Assembly: GCA_041287245.1 (NCBI GenBank)
Contig: JBEULP010000046.1
Span: forward strand, 1-64,000
Direction: 5' to 3'
DNA from: Infirmifilum sp.
GTDB taxonomy: Archaea; Thermoproteota; Thermoprotei; Thermofilales; Thermofilaceae
Length of the DNA stretch: 64,000 nucleotides
Shown here: piece by piece, positions 10,361-20,986 of the stretch
Layout: every line of letters begins with the position of its first letter
Position numbering within the stretch: position 1 is the stretch's first letter
Notes under the pieces: model-generated
The model's input: only the letters and a program-made list of their open reading frames with translations
The model's database searches: none
Told to the model about the DNA's origin: nothing
Position numbers and translations under genes: made by a program

Positions 10361-10421
10361 AATCCGACTGAATATTTATACCCGAGGGTTCATTCTTTTT
10401 GGGTATCAAGGGTGAAGGGTT

Positions 10422-11636
10422 TTGAAGCTCGTAGTTCTAGGCTGTGGGGCTGTTGGGTCCGTTATTGCCAGGCTGGCGCAAAAGCTGGGCGTAGCCAGCG
10501 AGGTCGCATGCCTAGACAAGAACGTCGAGAGGGCTAAAAGTTACCTTTCGTATCCGGATGGCGGAGACATCAACGTTGAAGCGGTTGACGCGTCTCAAGT
10601 CGATGACCTAGCCGCCAAGATATCCGGCTTCGACGTTGTGATCAACTCGCTTCCAACTTTCATCCGTGTGAACGAGAAGGAAAGGCCCCTCAACCCTCTG
10701 GTTATGCAGGCAGCCCTTAAGGCAGGCGTTACATACGTCGACCTGGCCTGCTACGGTGGGAAGCGCCGGAGCGCGGAGCAACTTTCCTTGGCGAAGCAGT
10801 TTAGGTCTGAAGGTGGCTTGGCGCTTATAAACGCCGGTGCCTCACCCGGCTTGACTAATCTTCTCGCTAGAGAAGCATATGAAGACTTTGACCGCGCAGA
10901 TAGTGTCAAGATTATGTCTCTCGAGGATCAAAAAGGAACTTCGTTCCTAATCTCATGGTCACGTGAAGAGATGCTGAATGTCGCTATCCCTGTTCTCGTT
11001 TATAAGGAGAAGCGATACCGTGTGGTTGAGCCATTCAGCGAGGCAACGCTCTGCGAGTTCCCCATCCCCACCGGGCCTGTTAGGTGTTATCCTATCTCTA
11101 ACGACGAAAGCTATACAATACCTTTATTCCTACGTATAAACAGGTTTGCCTACTACGCCGGCGGAAGCGACATCGAGATACTGAGAGCGCTTTACAGGCT
11201 GGGCGTTCTAGAAGAGAAGAATATCTACGTTAGAGGTAGGCCGATACCTCTAAGGAGCTTGTTGTATCAGGTTCTCCGTGAACCCGCTTCCCCAGAGGAC
11301 TTCGTAAGGGCAATAGAGGAGGGTGAGCTCGAGGATGCCTTTTTCGCAATAAAGGTGGAGGTAGAAGGAGAGGTCAACGGAGAACAAGCATATTCGTCGA
11401 GGAGCGTAATATTCCCAAGCCAGAGGAAGGTTAACGAGATTTCCCCCGGCGCGACATACATTAGCTACCCCACAGCTCTAGTTGCACTTGTCTTCGCCCG
11501 GAGAATCCTCGGATACCGAATATCAGGAGTCTACCCTCCTGAGGCGCTTCCTAGGGCTGTCAGGAGAGGTATTCTAGAGGATCTCGAGAAGAATAAAATA
11601 CTCGTGAACCTGGATTTCCACGTGAAACAACGCTAA
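10422..11636 (+). CDS. saccharopine dehydrogenase family oxidoreductase
   Basis: LGCGAVG Rossmann motif, YVDLA, GASPGLTN, GVYPPE. Confidence 0.85.
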   Translation: MKLVVLGCGAVGSVIARLAQKLGVASEVACLDKNVERAKSYLSYPDGGDINVEAVDASQVDDLAAKISGFDVVINSLPTFIRVNEKERPLNPLVMQAALKAGVTYVDLACYGGKRRSAEQLSLAKQFRSEGGLALINAGASPGLTNLLAREAYEDFDRADSVKIMSLEDQKGTSFLISWSREEMLNVAIPVLVYKEKRYRVVEPFSEATLCEFPIPTGPVRCYPISNDESYTIPLFLRINRFAYYAGGSDIEILRALYRLGVLEEKNIYVRGRPIPLRSLLYQVLREPASPEDFVRAIEEGELEDAFFAIKVEVEGEVNGEQAYSSRSVIFPSQRKVNEISPGATYISYPTALVALVFARRILGYRISGVYPPEALPRAVRRGILEDLEKNKILVNLDFHVKQR

Positions 11637-11675
11637 AATTATATAGGTGTTACACTTTATGACGGTGGCATATCC

Positions 11676-12392
11676 ATGGAGGGCATTATCGTTGAAAACT
11701 TACATGTAAGGGTCGAGGGAAAAGAAGTATTAAAAGGCGTAAACCTCAGAGCGCCTAGGGGTAAAGTAACCGTAGTGATTGGACCCAACGGCGGTGGGAA
11801 AAGCACACTCCTACTCTCCATCATGGGCTACCCCCGCTATGAGATAACCAAAGGAAGAATCTTCCTTGACGGTGAAGATGTCACAACCCTTAAACCCCAC
11901 GAGCGGGCCCGTAAAGGCTTGTTCCTCGCTTTCCAGTCGCCCCCCGAGCTTCCAGGCGTCCCGGTTGCAAACTTCCTGTACGAGGCAGCCGGCAAGCTCG
12001 GCTTGTCGGTTGGGACTGAACACTTATCATCCTCCCTCAAACTCGTCGGCTTGTCGGACAGCTATCTAGAGAGGTTTGTCCACGTAGGGTTCTCCGGCGG
12101 GGAGAAGAAAAGGTTTGAGGTGGCCCAAGCCTTAGCGCTCAACCCAACCTTTATAATGCTGGACGAGCCTGACTCCGGGCTGGACATTGAAGGTTTAAAA
12201 CTACTTGCGACTATAGTGGAAGGCTTTGCAAAAAGCGGAAAGTCAGTACTCCTCGTAAGCCACAATACGAGAACCATTGACTTCATTAACCCTCACAGCG
12301 TGCTCGTACTTGTGGCGGGAAAAATCGTGGCTCAAGGTGGACTAGACCTGGTTAGGAAGATAGAGGCTGAGGGGTTCCCGGTGGTGGACTAA
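11676..12392 (+). CDS. sufC: Fe-S cluster assembly ATPase SufC
   Basis: GPNGGGKST, ERARKGLFLAFQSP, GFSGGEKKR, LDEPDSGLD; upstream of sufB. Confidence 0.95.
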   Translation: MEGIIVENLHVRVEGKEVLKGVNLRAPRGKVTVVIGPNGGGKSTLLLSIMGYPRYEITKGRIFLDGEDVTTLKPHERARKGLFLAFQSPPELPGVPVANFLYEAAGKLGLSVGTEHLSSSLKLVGLSDSYLERFVHVGFSGGEKKRFEVAQALALNPTFIMLDEPDSGLDIEGLKLLATIVEGFAKSGKSVLLVSHNTRTIDFINPHSVLVLVAGKIVAQGGLDLVRKIEAEGFPVVD

Positions 12393-13804
12393 TGGGCAAG
12401 GCGGTCTCTCTAGGCGAGCTCCCGGAGCTGGATTATACCGTGAGCTCCATCACCCACAAGCCGCGTTTAGAGCTCCGGGGCAGGGTTTCGCGGAGTCTCG
12501 TAGAGGAGATCTCACGGTCGAAGGGCGAGCCTGAGTGGATGCTGAGGCTTAGACTCCGAAGCCTCGAGCTTTTCGAGAAGCTTCCCACTCCGAACTGGCT
12601 TGTACGTGTTGAAGAGCTGGATTTAGAGGAGCTTGCCCACTACGTGAAGCCTGACGTGGAGAAGGCCAGTAGCTGGAGTGAAGTGCCTGAGGATATCAGG
12701 AGGGTTTACGAGCGGTTAGGGTTGCCTGAGATAGAGGCGAAGTATCTAGCGGGGTTGTCCGTGCAGTTCGAAAGCGAGAACATTTACCTTGCATTCAAAA
12801 ACTACCTGAGTAAGCTTGGAATCATACTGATGGATATGAGCGACGCTGTGGTGAGATACCCGGACCTTGTTAAAAAGTACTTTATGAGGATTTTCCCGCC
12901 CAGCGACCACAAGTTCGCGGCTCTCCACGGCGCTTTGTGGAGTGGTGGAGTCTTCTTATATGTCCCGCCTGGGGTGAAGATTGAGGCTCCCATCGAGGCC
13001 TTCTTCTTTGTAGCAAGCGAGCTCGAAAGCCAGTTTGAACACACACTTATTGTGGCAGACGAGGGGAGCTATATCCACTTCATCGAGGGCTGCTCTGCGC
13101 CTCTTTCCAAGAGATACAGTTTTCACGATGGGATGGTTGAGATATATGCCCACAAGGGTAGTCACGTTAGCTTCACAACAGTCCAGAATTGGAGCAAGAA
13201 CCTCATCAACTTCAATAACAAGCGCGCCATACTTGAGGAAGGCGCTACCATTGAGTGGGCCGAGGGGAGCCTCGGGAGTAAAGTCAGTTATGTTTACCCC
13301 TCAGCTATACTTAAGGGGAGAGGGTCTCGGGCTAGCATATCCAACATTACGCTTGCTAAAGGCCCTGTCTGGAAGGACGGTGGAGCCAAGGTCTTCCACC
13401 TCGCCGAGGAAACGAGTAGTGAGATTATAAGCAAGAGTATAAGCGCAGCAGGGGGGGTTGCCGTTTACAGGGGCCTGGTTAAGGTAGCCCGGGGGGCTAG
13501 GGGCTCCAAGGCTTCTGTTCACTGCGATAGCCTCATACTGGACTCGGAGTCTAAAGCATACACGTATCCCCGTAACGAGGTGGAGGAAGAGGATGCTACA
13601 GCCGTCCACGAGGCTACAACTGGCCGTCTAAGCGAGGAGGCACTCTTCTACTTGCAGTCGAGAGGACTGCCCGAGCCTGAGGCCAGGAGGCTCTTAATAC
13701 TGGGCTACGTGGGGGATCTTTTAAAACGCCTTCCATTCGAGTACCAGGTCGTGTTCCGCAAGGTCCTAGAGTTGGAGTTTGAAGAACTGGGTGGCTACGG
13801 TTGA
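12392..13804 (+). CDS. sufB: Fe-S cluster assembly protein SufB
   Basis: EPEWML..R, KFAALHGALWSGG, QFEHTLI, EGCSAP, TVQNWS, HEAT, FYLQSRG. Confidence 0.96.
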   Translation: MGKAVSLGELPELDYTVSSITHKPRLELRGRVSRSLVEEISRSKGEPEWMLRLRLRSLELFEKLPTPNWLVRVEELDLEELAHYVKPDVEKASSWSEVPEDIRRVYERLGLPEIEAKYLAGLSVQFESENIYLAFKNYLSKLGIILMDMSDAVVRYPDLVKKYFMRIFPPSDHKFAALHGALWSGGVFLYVPPGVKIEAPIEAFFFVASELESQFEHTLIVADEGSYIHFIEGCSAPLSKRYSFHDGMVEIYAHKGSHVSFTTVQNWSKNLINFNNKRAILEEGATIEWAEGSLGSKVSYVYPSAILKGRGSRASISNITLAKGPVWKDGGAKVFHLAEETSSEIISKSISAAGGVAVYRGLVKVARGARGSKASVHCDSLILDSESKAYTYPRNEVEEEDATAVHEATTGRLSEEALFYLQSRGLPEPEARRLLILGYVGDLLKRLPFEYQVVFRKVLELEFEELGGYG

Positions 13805-14889
13805 AGGAAACCAACGTTTTAAGCGTGCCCTATCAACAGCTTGCGGATTCTCCCACTATTCGCTACTATACTGATTGGAAGCTCTTCGACCCCTACATCG
13901 AGAAACCCTCTCCTCCTAGCCAGCTCGGCTGGAGCGATGCTCTGCTAAACACTCTGGGCCTCAAGCCGGACACAATATTAAAGCCTGGAGATATACAAGT
14001 GAAACCTCCACTAAGCAGGACGGATCAGATGCGAATACTAGCTTTTCACGCTAACAATCTAAACGCGTATAGCAAGTTCCTGGTTAGGGACGCAGAGTTC
14101 ACGATACTTATACCGAAGCCGAAAGAGGGAACACTATCCGCCCACCTCTCACTGCACGCGGAGGGAGACTCTACAGTTAATCTCCTGCTCTTATCTGAGG
14201 AGGACTCACCGGGACTAGACACTATAACACTGGACGTCACAATAGATGAGACGTCTACCCTAGAGCTAAACTATCTGTTGTTCGACTCGCGAAGCTCTCC
14301 CTCGGCGATATTCCAGGAGGCAACCCTCCCGGCCTCCGCAACGCTTCAAACAAACATTGTTGCTCCCAGGGGGAAAATGCTACACATCGAGACCCGTAAC
14401 TTTCTAAAGGGTCCAAAGGCTAGAGCTAGTACAAAGGCCCTGCTGGCTGCAAACAAAGGATCCCGAATAACACTTGTGACCGACGCCGAGGCTAGTGCGC
14501 CTAACAACGAAATCTCGGTGGAGGCTTTGGGATTCGCACTGGAAGGCTTAATAGTCCACAAGGGGTTCGGCAGGGCTAGGAGGGGCTGCCGCGACTCGAG
14601 GCTGAAAGTCGGCTCGAAGGCAATATTATTATCAGAGCAGGCTAGAGCTTATGCCGCGCCAATACTTGAGATAGAGTCTGATGATCCACTCGAGGCAAGC
14701 CACTCTGCGTCCCAGTCTCCGATCGATGAGGAGCAGGTCTTCTATCTTCAGTCGAGAGGCTTCAACCGGGAGGAAGCTATAGCTATGATTGTCCGCGGTC
14801 TAGCGTGGGGGCTCATGGGCTCTGTGGCTATGAGGCGCGCAGCCCTACAAAAAGCCGTTGAATTATTGCTCAAGGAGCTAGCAATCTAG
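13801..14889 (+). CDS. sufD: SufD-like Fe-S assembly protein
   Basis: PILEIESD..EASHSAS, EEQVFYLQSRG; follows sufB with a 4-bp overlap. Confidence 0.9.
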   Translation: MKETNVLSVPYQQLADSPTIRYYTDWKLFDPYIEKPSPPSQLGWSDALLNTLGLKPDTILKPGDIQVKPPLSRTDQMRILAFHANNLNAYSKFLVRDAEFTILIPKPKEGTLSAHLSLHAEGDSTVNLLLLSEEDSPGLDTITLDVTIDETSTLELNYLLFDSRSSPSAIFQEATLPASATLQTNIVAPRGKMLHIETRNFLKGPKARASTKALLAANKGSRITLVTDAEASAPNNEISVEALGFALEGLIVHKGFGRARRGCRDSRLKVGSKAILLSEQARAYAAPILEIESDDPLEASHSASQSPIDEEQVFYLQSRGFNREEAIAMIVRGLAWGLMGSVAMRRAALQKAVELLLKELAI

Positions 14890-14994
14890 TATCAAGGCTT
14901 AAGTTAAAAAATTACATCATTTCTTAGGAGATTTCTAGGCTTCTGCTAATTAACTCCGGGTAGTAGAAAGGTTTTTGAATATAAATCTTTTTCC

Positions 14995-15015
14995 TATCAC
15001 ATATATAGAGTGATA
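14995..15015. promoter_or_regulatory. palindromic operator candidate TATCAC-N9-GTGATA upstream of the sugar ABC operon
   Basis: tatcac (14995-15000) and gtgata (15010-15015) lie between an AT-rich TATA-like region and the ATG at 15033. Confidence 0.55.
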
Positions 15016-15032
15016 AGACAATAAACTAACGT

Positions 15033-16103
15033 ATGAGCCAACAACAAAAAAGTAAGACTTCACAACTGCTGGTCTACCTTGTTATAGGCCTTCTCGTCGG
15101 AGCACTCATAGGATACGGGGCCGCCTATGCAACAATGGTCCCCTACTCTAAATACGCTGAGCTCGAAAAACAGCTAGAGCAGTATAAGGCTGGAGCCCCC
15201 GTAGGCGCTCCTGAATACACGATTTATTACGTATCCCACGGCGGGCCTGCAGACCCGTGGTGGGCTCCTGTTATAAAGGGTGCCCAGCTAGCCGGACAAC
15301 TTCTAAACGTTAAGGTTGTCTACAGTGGACCCGAGAAGTTCAGCATACAGGCCCTCGTGGACCTCCTAAACAGCGCTATCGCGGCTAAGCCCAACGGAAT
15401 AATACTCACAATCACGGACTACAAGGCTCTGGACGAGCCTGCCCGCCGCGCAATCAACCAAGGCATCCCGATAATAGCTGTGAACGTCCCCGATCCTAGA
15501 CCCGCTAACCAGAGGATACCCTATTTGAGCTATGTGGGGCAGAACGAGTACGACGCCGGATACTATCTCGCAAAATATCTGGTAGACAAGGGCTACAAGC
15601 CCAAACGTGTCGTCATAGGCATTCACGAGGTTGGACACATAGGACTAGAGACTAGGGCGAAGGGTATAATCGATGCGATTACACAGGCATACCCAGGCAC
15701 ACCGGTCGAGAAGCTCGACATAACCACAGACCCAACAAAGGCTGCCGAGGCCTTTAAGAGCTACTTGACCGCACACCCAGACACTGATGTCATCTTCACT
15801 CTAGGTCCGCTTGGAGCCCACCCGGCACTACAAGTTCTCGATGAGATGGGTCTTTCAGGCAAGGTACACCTCCTCACGATCGACATAGACGATACAATTC
15901 TGAACGCGATAGCAGCGGGCAAGATAGACGCAGCTGTCAGCCAGCAGCCCTTCGCTCAGGGCTTCCTACCCGTAGTCTTCATGTACCTCTACCTTAAGTA
16001 TGGCATTATACCCCCAGACCACGTCCCCACTGGGCCTACTGTTATTGACAGGGCGAAGCTGGATACTGTTAGGAAGCAGATCGCCACCACGGGTGGCGCT
16101 TAA
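15033..16103 (+). CDS. sugar ABC transporter substrate-binding protein (CUT2/RbsB-like)
   Basis: N-terminal TM anchor; HGGPADPWW, YVGQNEYDAG, QQPFAQG. Confidence 0.93.
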   Translation: MSQQQKSKTSQLLVYLVIGLLVGALIGYGAAYATMVPYSKYAELEKQLEQYKAGAPVGAPEYTIYYVSHGGPADPWWAPVIKGAQLAGQLLNVKVVYSGPEKFSIQALVDLLNSAIAAKPNGIILTITDYKALDEPARRAINQGIPIIAVNVPDPRPANQRIPYLSYVGQNEYDAGYYLAKYLVDKGYKPKRVVIGIHEVGHIGLETRAKGIIDAITQAYPGTPVEKLDITTDPTKAAEAFKSYLTAHPDTDVIFTLGPLGAHPALQVLDEMGLSGKVHLLTIDIDDTILNAIAAGKIDAAVSQQPFAQGFLPVVFMYLYLKYGIIPPDHVPTGPTVIDRAKLDTVRKQIATTGGA

Positions 16104-16131
16104 AAAAATATATTTTTTGGGTGTTTTCTCT

Positions 16132-17118
16132 ATGAGTAGAAGCGGCATTCGAAAGGTTTCAATAGCTTTTCTAACACAACACCCAGAGCTCGGCGTCATC
16201 GCCAGTTTCTCCTCGATAGCGCTAGCCTTCGCACTTATTGTCCCTGACAAGTTCCTCACAACACCCACCCTTTACAGCATGCTGACGCTTGCAGGCGAGC
16301 TCGGCGTTGCATCAGTTGGAGTAGCGTTTTTGATGATTACGGGGGAGTTCAACCTCTCAGTAGGGTCTGTCTATGCTCTTGTCCCCATGGGTGTCGCCAT
16401 AATGGCTGACAGCGGTGTAGACTTGCTCCTCGCGAGCATCCTCATGCTGTCGGTGGCCTTCCTGATAGGCGTCGCGACCGGTTATATAACGCTTAGAACA
16501 AACGTTCCCAGCTTCATTACGTCGCTCGGAATGATGATGTTCCTAAGGGGCATCTTGCTAGCTGTGACGGGCGGCTTCCCGGTCAGGCTTACGGTTTCCC
16601 ACTGGCTGACTGACGTTTTGAACGGGCCTATCGGCACCGAGGGACTGCGGACGAGTGCGGTCTGGCTTATCCTCTTAACGCTGTTTTTCGCGGTGATACT
16701 CGACTTCACCCCATACGGCAACTGGACCTATGCCGTGGGGGCTAGCTCTGCAACGGCTCGGGAGCTTGGCGTTAAGGTTTTCAGGGTTAAGCTGATCAAC
16801 TTTGGTATATCCTCACTCCTCGCAGGGCTTGCTGGACTTATGGCGTTCTCGAGGTTTCGCGTCGTCGACCCTACTCTCGGGCAGGGACTCGAACTAGATA
16901 CTATCACAAGCGCTGTACTAGGCGGGTGCCTACTGACAGGAGGCTATGGAAGCATAGCCGGTACTTTCCTCGGAGCGCTACTTGTAGCTATGACTAGGGT
17001 CGGACTTGTGTTGGCACAGGCCCCGGCTTATTGGTACAGCGCGTTCATAGGCGTCATACTGATAATTGCCGCTGTGATAAACACGTACATAGTGAAGAAG
17101 TTTGTCACCTCCGGATAG
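16132..17118 (+). CDS. sugar ABC transporter permease (RbsC-like)
   Basis: GEFNLSVGS, VPSFITSLG, TPYGNWTYAVG, ELDTITSAVLGG..L.GG.GS; start at ATG 16132. Confidence 0.93.
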   Translation: MSRSGIRKVSIAFLTQHPELGVIASFSSIALAFALIVPDKFLTTPTLYSMLTLAGELGVASVGVAFLMITGEFNLSVGSVYALVPMGVAIMADSGVDLLLASILMLSVAFLIGVATGYITLRTNVPSFITSLGMMMFLRGILLAVTGGFPVRLTVSHWLTDVLNGPIGTEGLRTSAVWLILLTLFFAVILDFTPYGNWTYAVGASSATARELGVKVFRVKLINFGISSLLAGLAGLMAFSRFRVVDPTLGQGLELDTITSAVLGGCLLTGGYGSIAGTFLGALLVAMTRVGLVLAQAPAYWYSAFIGVILIIAAVINTYIVKKFVTSG

Positions 17119-17886
17119 GTGGTTAAGGTGGACAAGCTGCTTGAGATGAAGGGAATTGTTAAGCGATTCGGCAGGGTAGAGGCCTTGAGAGGTGTGGACT
17201 TCCACGTGGCTAAAGGGGAGGTTGTCGGTCTCGTAGGCGATAATGGGGCTGGGAAAAGCACCCTCGTTAAGATCATAGCTGGAGTCTACCAGCCCGACGC
17301 CGGCGAGATGTACTGGGAGGGTTCGCCCAGGGTCTTCTCAGACCCAGGTGAGGCTCGCGCCGAGGGGATAGAAATAGTTTACCAGCACCTAGCACTTATA
17401 GACCTCCTGAGCATAAGCCGCAATATATTTCTAGGCCGGGAGCCTGTTAAAAAGATAGGTCCCTTCGCCTTCCTTGATAGGAGGACGATGGACGAGCAGT
17501 CGTGGAAGATCATTCAAGGTATAGGGTTGAAGAGGCTGAGGAGCCCCTCCGAGAGAGTGGCTAAGCTTAGCGGCGGCGAAAGACAATCAGTCGCTATAGG
17601 GAGGGCGATGCACTTCAAGGCAAAGCTCCTCATAATGGACGAGCCAACAGCTGCCTTATCAGTCCGGGAGACGAGACAAGTGCTCGACCACGTCTTAAAC
17701 GTGAAGAACCAGGGCGTTAGCGTCATCATCATCTCCCACAACATATACCACGTGTACGAGGTTTCCGATAGGATTGTTGTCCTGGACCACGGTCGGAAGA
17801 TAGCTGACGTGAGGAGAGAAGAGGTTACGCCTGAGGAGGTTATAGAGGTTATAAGAAAAGGAGAACCCTTGAGAAACAAGGCATAG
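17119..17886 (+). CDS. sugar ABC transporter ATP-binding protein
   Basis: GDNGAGKST, LSGGERQ, IMDEPTAAL. Confidence 0.95.
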   Translation: MVKVDKLLEMKGIVKRFGRVEALRGVDFHVAKGEVVGLVGDNGAGKSTLVKIIAGVYQPDAGEMYWEGSPRVFSDPGEARAEGIEIVYQHLALIDLLSISRNIFLGREPVKKIGPFAFLDRRTMDEQSWKIIQGIGLKRLRSPSERVAKLSGGERQSVAIGRAMHFKAKLLIMDEPTAALSVRETRQVLDHVLNVKNQGVSVIIISHNIYHVYEVSDRIVVLDHGRKIADVRREEVTPEEVIEVIRKGEPLRNKA

Positions 17887-17887
17887 G

Positions 17888-20800
17888 CTATTTTTTCCTT
17901 GTGATGAGAAGAGTCTTTATCTCGAAAGGTGCCAGTTTTATCCTGAAAGAATCCGCCTCTTTATGGATAAGCTTGGGGTGTAGCTCAACTAAGTCTACCT
18001 CGTGCACGTCGACTTTTATTGGTAGCCTAATATTCACATCGGCACCGCCGCCGGTTATATCGTATAATCTAGCCACAACACCACTCTCGGAATTCTCAGC
18101 CCTCTTCAAGGACTCCAAGACACCTCCGTTCACCTCGAAAAAGCTGTGCTCAGGAGGCTCGGACCCCATCTCGCCTGATTTTTCGACGATCTTTACACCT
18201 GAGAAAACCGCGTAGGCCATCCTATAGACATTGCCTGACACGTAGTCACCCGTGTGCGGGTATAGATACACCTTTGTACTCATCTTACCAGTATCTGACC
18301 ATGGGTTAGGCATGGTAGGAGATTTTAGGAGACTCAAGCCTATCCTTTTTCCCTCGAAGCTGTAGCCGTGCCTGTCGATCGCTATCAGCGCAAGCCCGTG
18401 CTGTCCATCGCTGAGATCCACCCAGTGTAGCGCGGGAACCTCGAACATAGCCTCGGCTCTCCTGTCAACGGGGCTTGTACGCCTCTCTACGACTCCGAAA
18501 GGCACGTGACAGTGTGCCACGTCAGAGTGTATAGTGGAGTCAAGCCATAGCTTGAGGAGCCGGGACTTCTCCCACCAGTCAAAGTCGAAATCAAGCTCTA
18601 CGAGGCTTAATCCTGAGTAAACGCGCACTTCAAGCTCTACAGTGGATAAGCCGTACCTGAAGGATAGCCTAGCCGATGCAAACGCAGGGCCTCTCGATAT
18701 TATCTCGGGGCCCTCGACAAGCTCCAGCTGATCCGATGGTAGTTGAAAAGCAGATCTGTCGATATCCCACGCGTCGAACGCCCCAGGCTTATCCACGTGG
18801 ACCCTAAGCTCGCCTTTCTCTAGGTAGTTGAAGGAATCCTGCTTAAGTGCGAGGCCGCGTAGATAACCCCTTCTATCTATCTTGATTGTGACTGTTTCAT
18901 TCTCGAGAACCACACCATCCTCAACAGGGTAGGCTAAGGCTCTCCCACGTTGAGAACCTTGAGACGCCGGGAAGAGAGTAGTATAGCCCAAGGCCGGGAC
19001 CTTTACCACCGCCACCGCCCCTTTATCCTTCTCCTGGCATGCGAGGATCGCGTCCGACGTATACCTACAGCTGGGTAGCTCAACCACGTATACTACCTGC
19101 CAGGGCAAGCGGTTCAGAATAACCGCACTTCCTCTAGGCGCCTTGACCCTCTCAGCCAGACTTTCTGCGATCCTGCGCGAGACATTCTTTAAGTCACGTA
19201 TAGTCTTCTCAAGCTCCTGGTAAGCCTCCTCGTAGGCTTCACGGCACGAAGAGCCTGGTAGAACGTCGTGAAACTGGTTCCTAAGGATGGTTTTCCAATA
19301 CTTAACCGTCTCAAAGACTAGAGGCTCTCCTTCGAGAAGCAGTAACGCCCCTAGATGATCCGCCCAGATCGCCTCGTTTTCAGCCTCCGCGACAAGCTGC
19401 TTTATCCGCAGGTTGGTGGTGTAGACGCCCCTGTGAAACTCGTTGTAGATCTCACCCATCCACACCGGCAGGGATCCCTTAGCTGAGAGGAGCGTTGAAA
19501 CGTAGTCCTCCTCGCGTGGCGAGGAGACCAAGCCTGGCAGTAGGTTCAGCTTTTCAAGAAGCTTAAGCCTCTCAAGCATGGTAAATGTAGGGCCTCCGCC
19601 CCCGTCGCCGAAGCCGTAGGCGTGGACGGCGACCGGGAAGGAATCCTTCTCCTTGTACCTGTCCCAAAGAGAGAGAAGCTCCTCCGCCGTTAATGCACCA
19701 TTATAGCTCTGCACCAATATATGTGAAACAACCTCAGAGCCGTCGAGAGCCTTCCAGACGAACGCGTGGTGCGGAAATGGGTTGGTATCGTTCCACATAA
19801 CCTTATGTGTAACGAAAACCTCTAGGCCAGCCTTCTTTAGAAGCTGTGGTAGCTGTGCTGAGAAGCCGAAGCTGTCGGGTAGCCAGCCTATCCTACAAGT
19901 CTTCCCGAACCTCTCGAGGAAATATCTCTGCCCATAAAGGAACTGCCTTGCGAGCGACTCCCCAGTTAGGAGCTGCGTGTCAGATTCAACCCACATGCCG
20001 CCGACTGGAAGCCAAACGCCTTTCTCTACCAGCTTCCTAACCTTCTCGAAGAGTTCTTTATCTGTCTCCTCAAGCCACTCGTAGTTCTGCGCTCCACTCT
20101 GCAAGTACGTGAAACGGTAACCCATCTCGGCGAGCCTCACCACCGTACTGAATGTTCTCTTAATCTTACGTCTCGTCTCGCTATACGGCCACAGCCAGGC
20201 AGTATCTATGTGCGCATGCCCGAAAAGATAAATGAGTCCACCTCTAACACGTGACTCCAGAAGAGGCTTAAGCTCCTCATAAACCTCCCCTACTGTTCTC
20301 TTGACCTCCCCCGGGTCAGGCCCCCTAAGGTCAACCGCCAGCCCCCTAGCGATGACAGGACCGTATACAGACGCCATGTAAGCATAGTCCCACCTGAGGC
20401 CGCGGAGCTCGGGGTTCTGCTCCTGAAACAACGCCCCATAGAGCATCCTAGAAAGAGAGTAAACCTGGAGCACCGACGGGGTCAACGTCACATGGGATAA
20501 TGCTCTACCGAGAGCCCTTTTCGCCTCATCGTTTTTACGCGCGATGGGGATAAGATCTAGAAGAGCTAACGTCTTTGCAAACTCATCCCAGAGTACGGAG
20601 GCAACAGCCCCGCCCCAGAAGGTTACAGACCAGGGGCTCTCCCCGAAAAGCCTACGAGGAGTTATCGAAACGGTAAGGGAGTGCTTGCCAGGCGGAACCG
20701 GCGCAAGCCTGTGGTACTCATCCACAGCCTGGTATAGCTCCCCGTCAAGGTATAGCTCCCCGTTTCCAGTAACATCCACCCTGAGAAGCCATCTATCACT

Positions 20801-20986
20801 CCCGGCTAGCTCAATCTTTGTATGAAAGGCTAGGCTCTGCTCGGGGCTTAACGATTGAGTGTAGGGTAAGGGTATAGCCTGACCATTTAAAACCCAAGTG
20901 TTGAGCTCTGATAAACCTGTGAAGCAGGAGGCAAGCAAATCGAACATTCTTCTCTCAATCTCATGTAGGGATAGACTCGCCTGCAC
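17888..20986 (-). CDS. GH38 alpha-mannosidase
   Basis: GHAHIDTAWLW, GGMWVESD, GESLARQ, WLPDSFG, GFGDGGGGP, EFHRGVYT, NQFHDVLPGS. Confidence 0.96.
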   Translation of the reverse strand: MQASLSLHEIERRMFDLLASCFTGLSELNTWVLNGQAIPLPYTQSLSPEQSLAFHTKIELAGSDRWLLRVDVTGNGELYLDGELYQAVDEYHRLAPVPPGKHSLTVSITPRRLFGESPWSVTFWGGAVASVLWDEFAKTLALLDLIPIARKNDEAKRALGRALSHVTLTPSVLQVYSLSRMLYGALFQEQNPELRGLRWDYAYMASVYGPVIARGLAVDLRGPDPGEVKRTVGEVYEELKPLLESRVRGGLIYLFGHAHIDTAWLWPYSETRRKIKRTFSTVVRLAEMGYRFTYLQSGAQNYEWLEETDKELFEKVRKLVEKGVWLPVGGMWVESDTQLLTGESLARQFLYGQRYFLERFGKTCRIGWLPDSFGFSAQLPQLLKKAGLEVFVTHKVMWNDTNPFPHHAFVWKALDGSEVVSHILVQSYNGALTAEELLSLWDRYKEKDSFPVAVHAYGFGDGGGGPTFTMLERLKLLEKLNLLPGLVSSPREEDYVSTLLSAKGSLPVWMGEIYNEFHRGVYTTNLRIKQLVAEAENEAIWADHLGALLLLEGEPLVFETVKYWKTILRNQFHDVLPGSSCREAYEEAYQELEKTIRDLKNVSRRIAESLAERVKAPRGSAVILNRLPWQVVYVVELPSCRYTSDAILACQEKDKGAVAVVKVPALGYTTLFPASQGSQRGRALAYPVEDGVVLENETVTIKIDRRGYLRGLALKQDSFNYLEKGELRVHVDKPGAFDAWDIDRSAFQLPSDQLELVEGPEIISRGPAFASARLSFRYGLSTVELEVRVYSGLSLVELDFDFDWWEKSRLLKLWLDSTIHSDVAHCHVPFGVVERRTSPVDRRAEAMFEVPALHWVDLSDGQHGLALIAIDRHGYSFEGKRIGLSLLKSPTMPNPWSDTGKMSTKVYLYPHTGDYVSGNVYRMAYAVFSGVKIVEKSGEMGSEPPEHSFFEVNGGVLESLKRAENSESGVVARLYDITGGGADVNIRLPIKVDVHEVDLVELHPKLIHKEADSFRIKLAPFEIKTLLITRKK

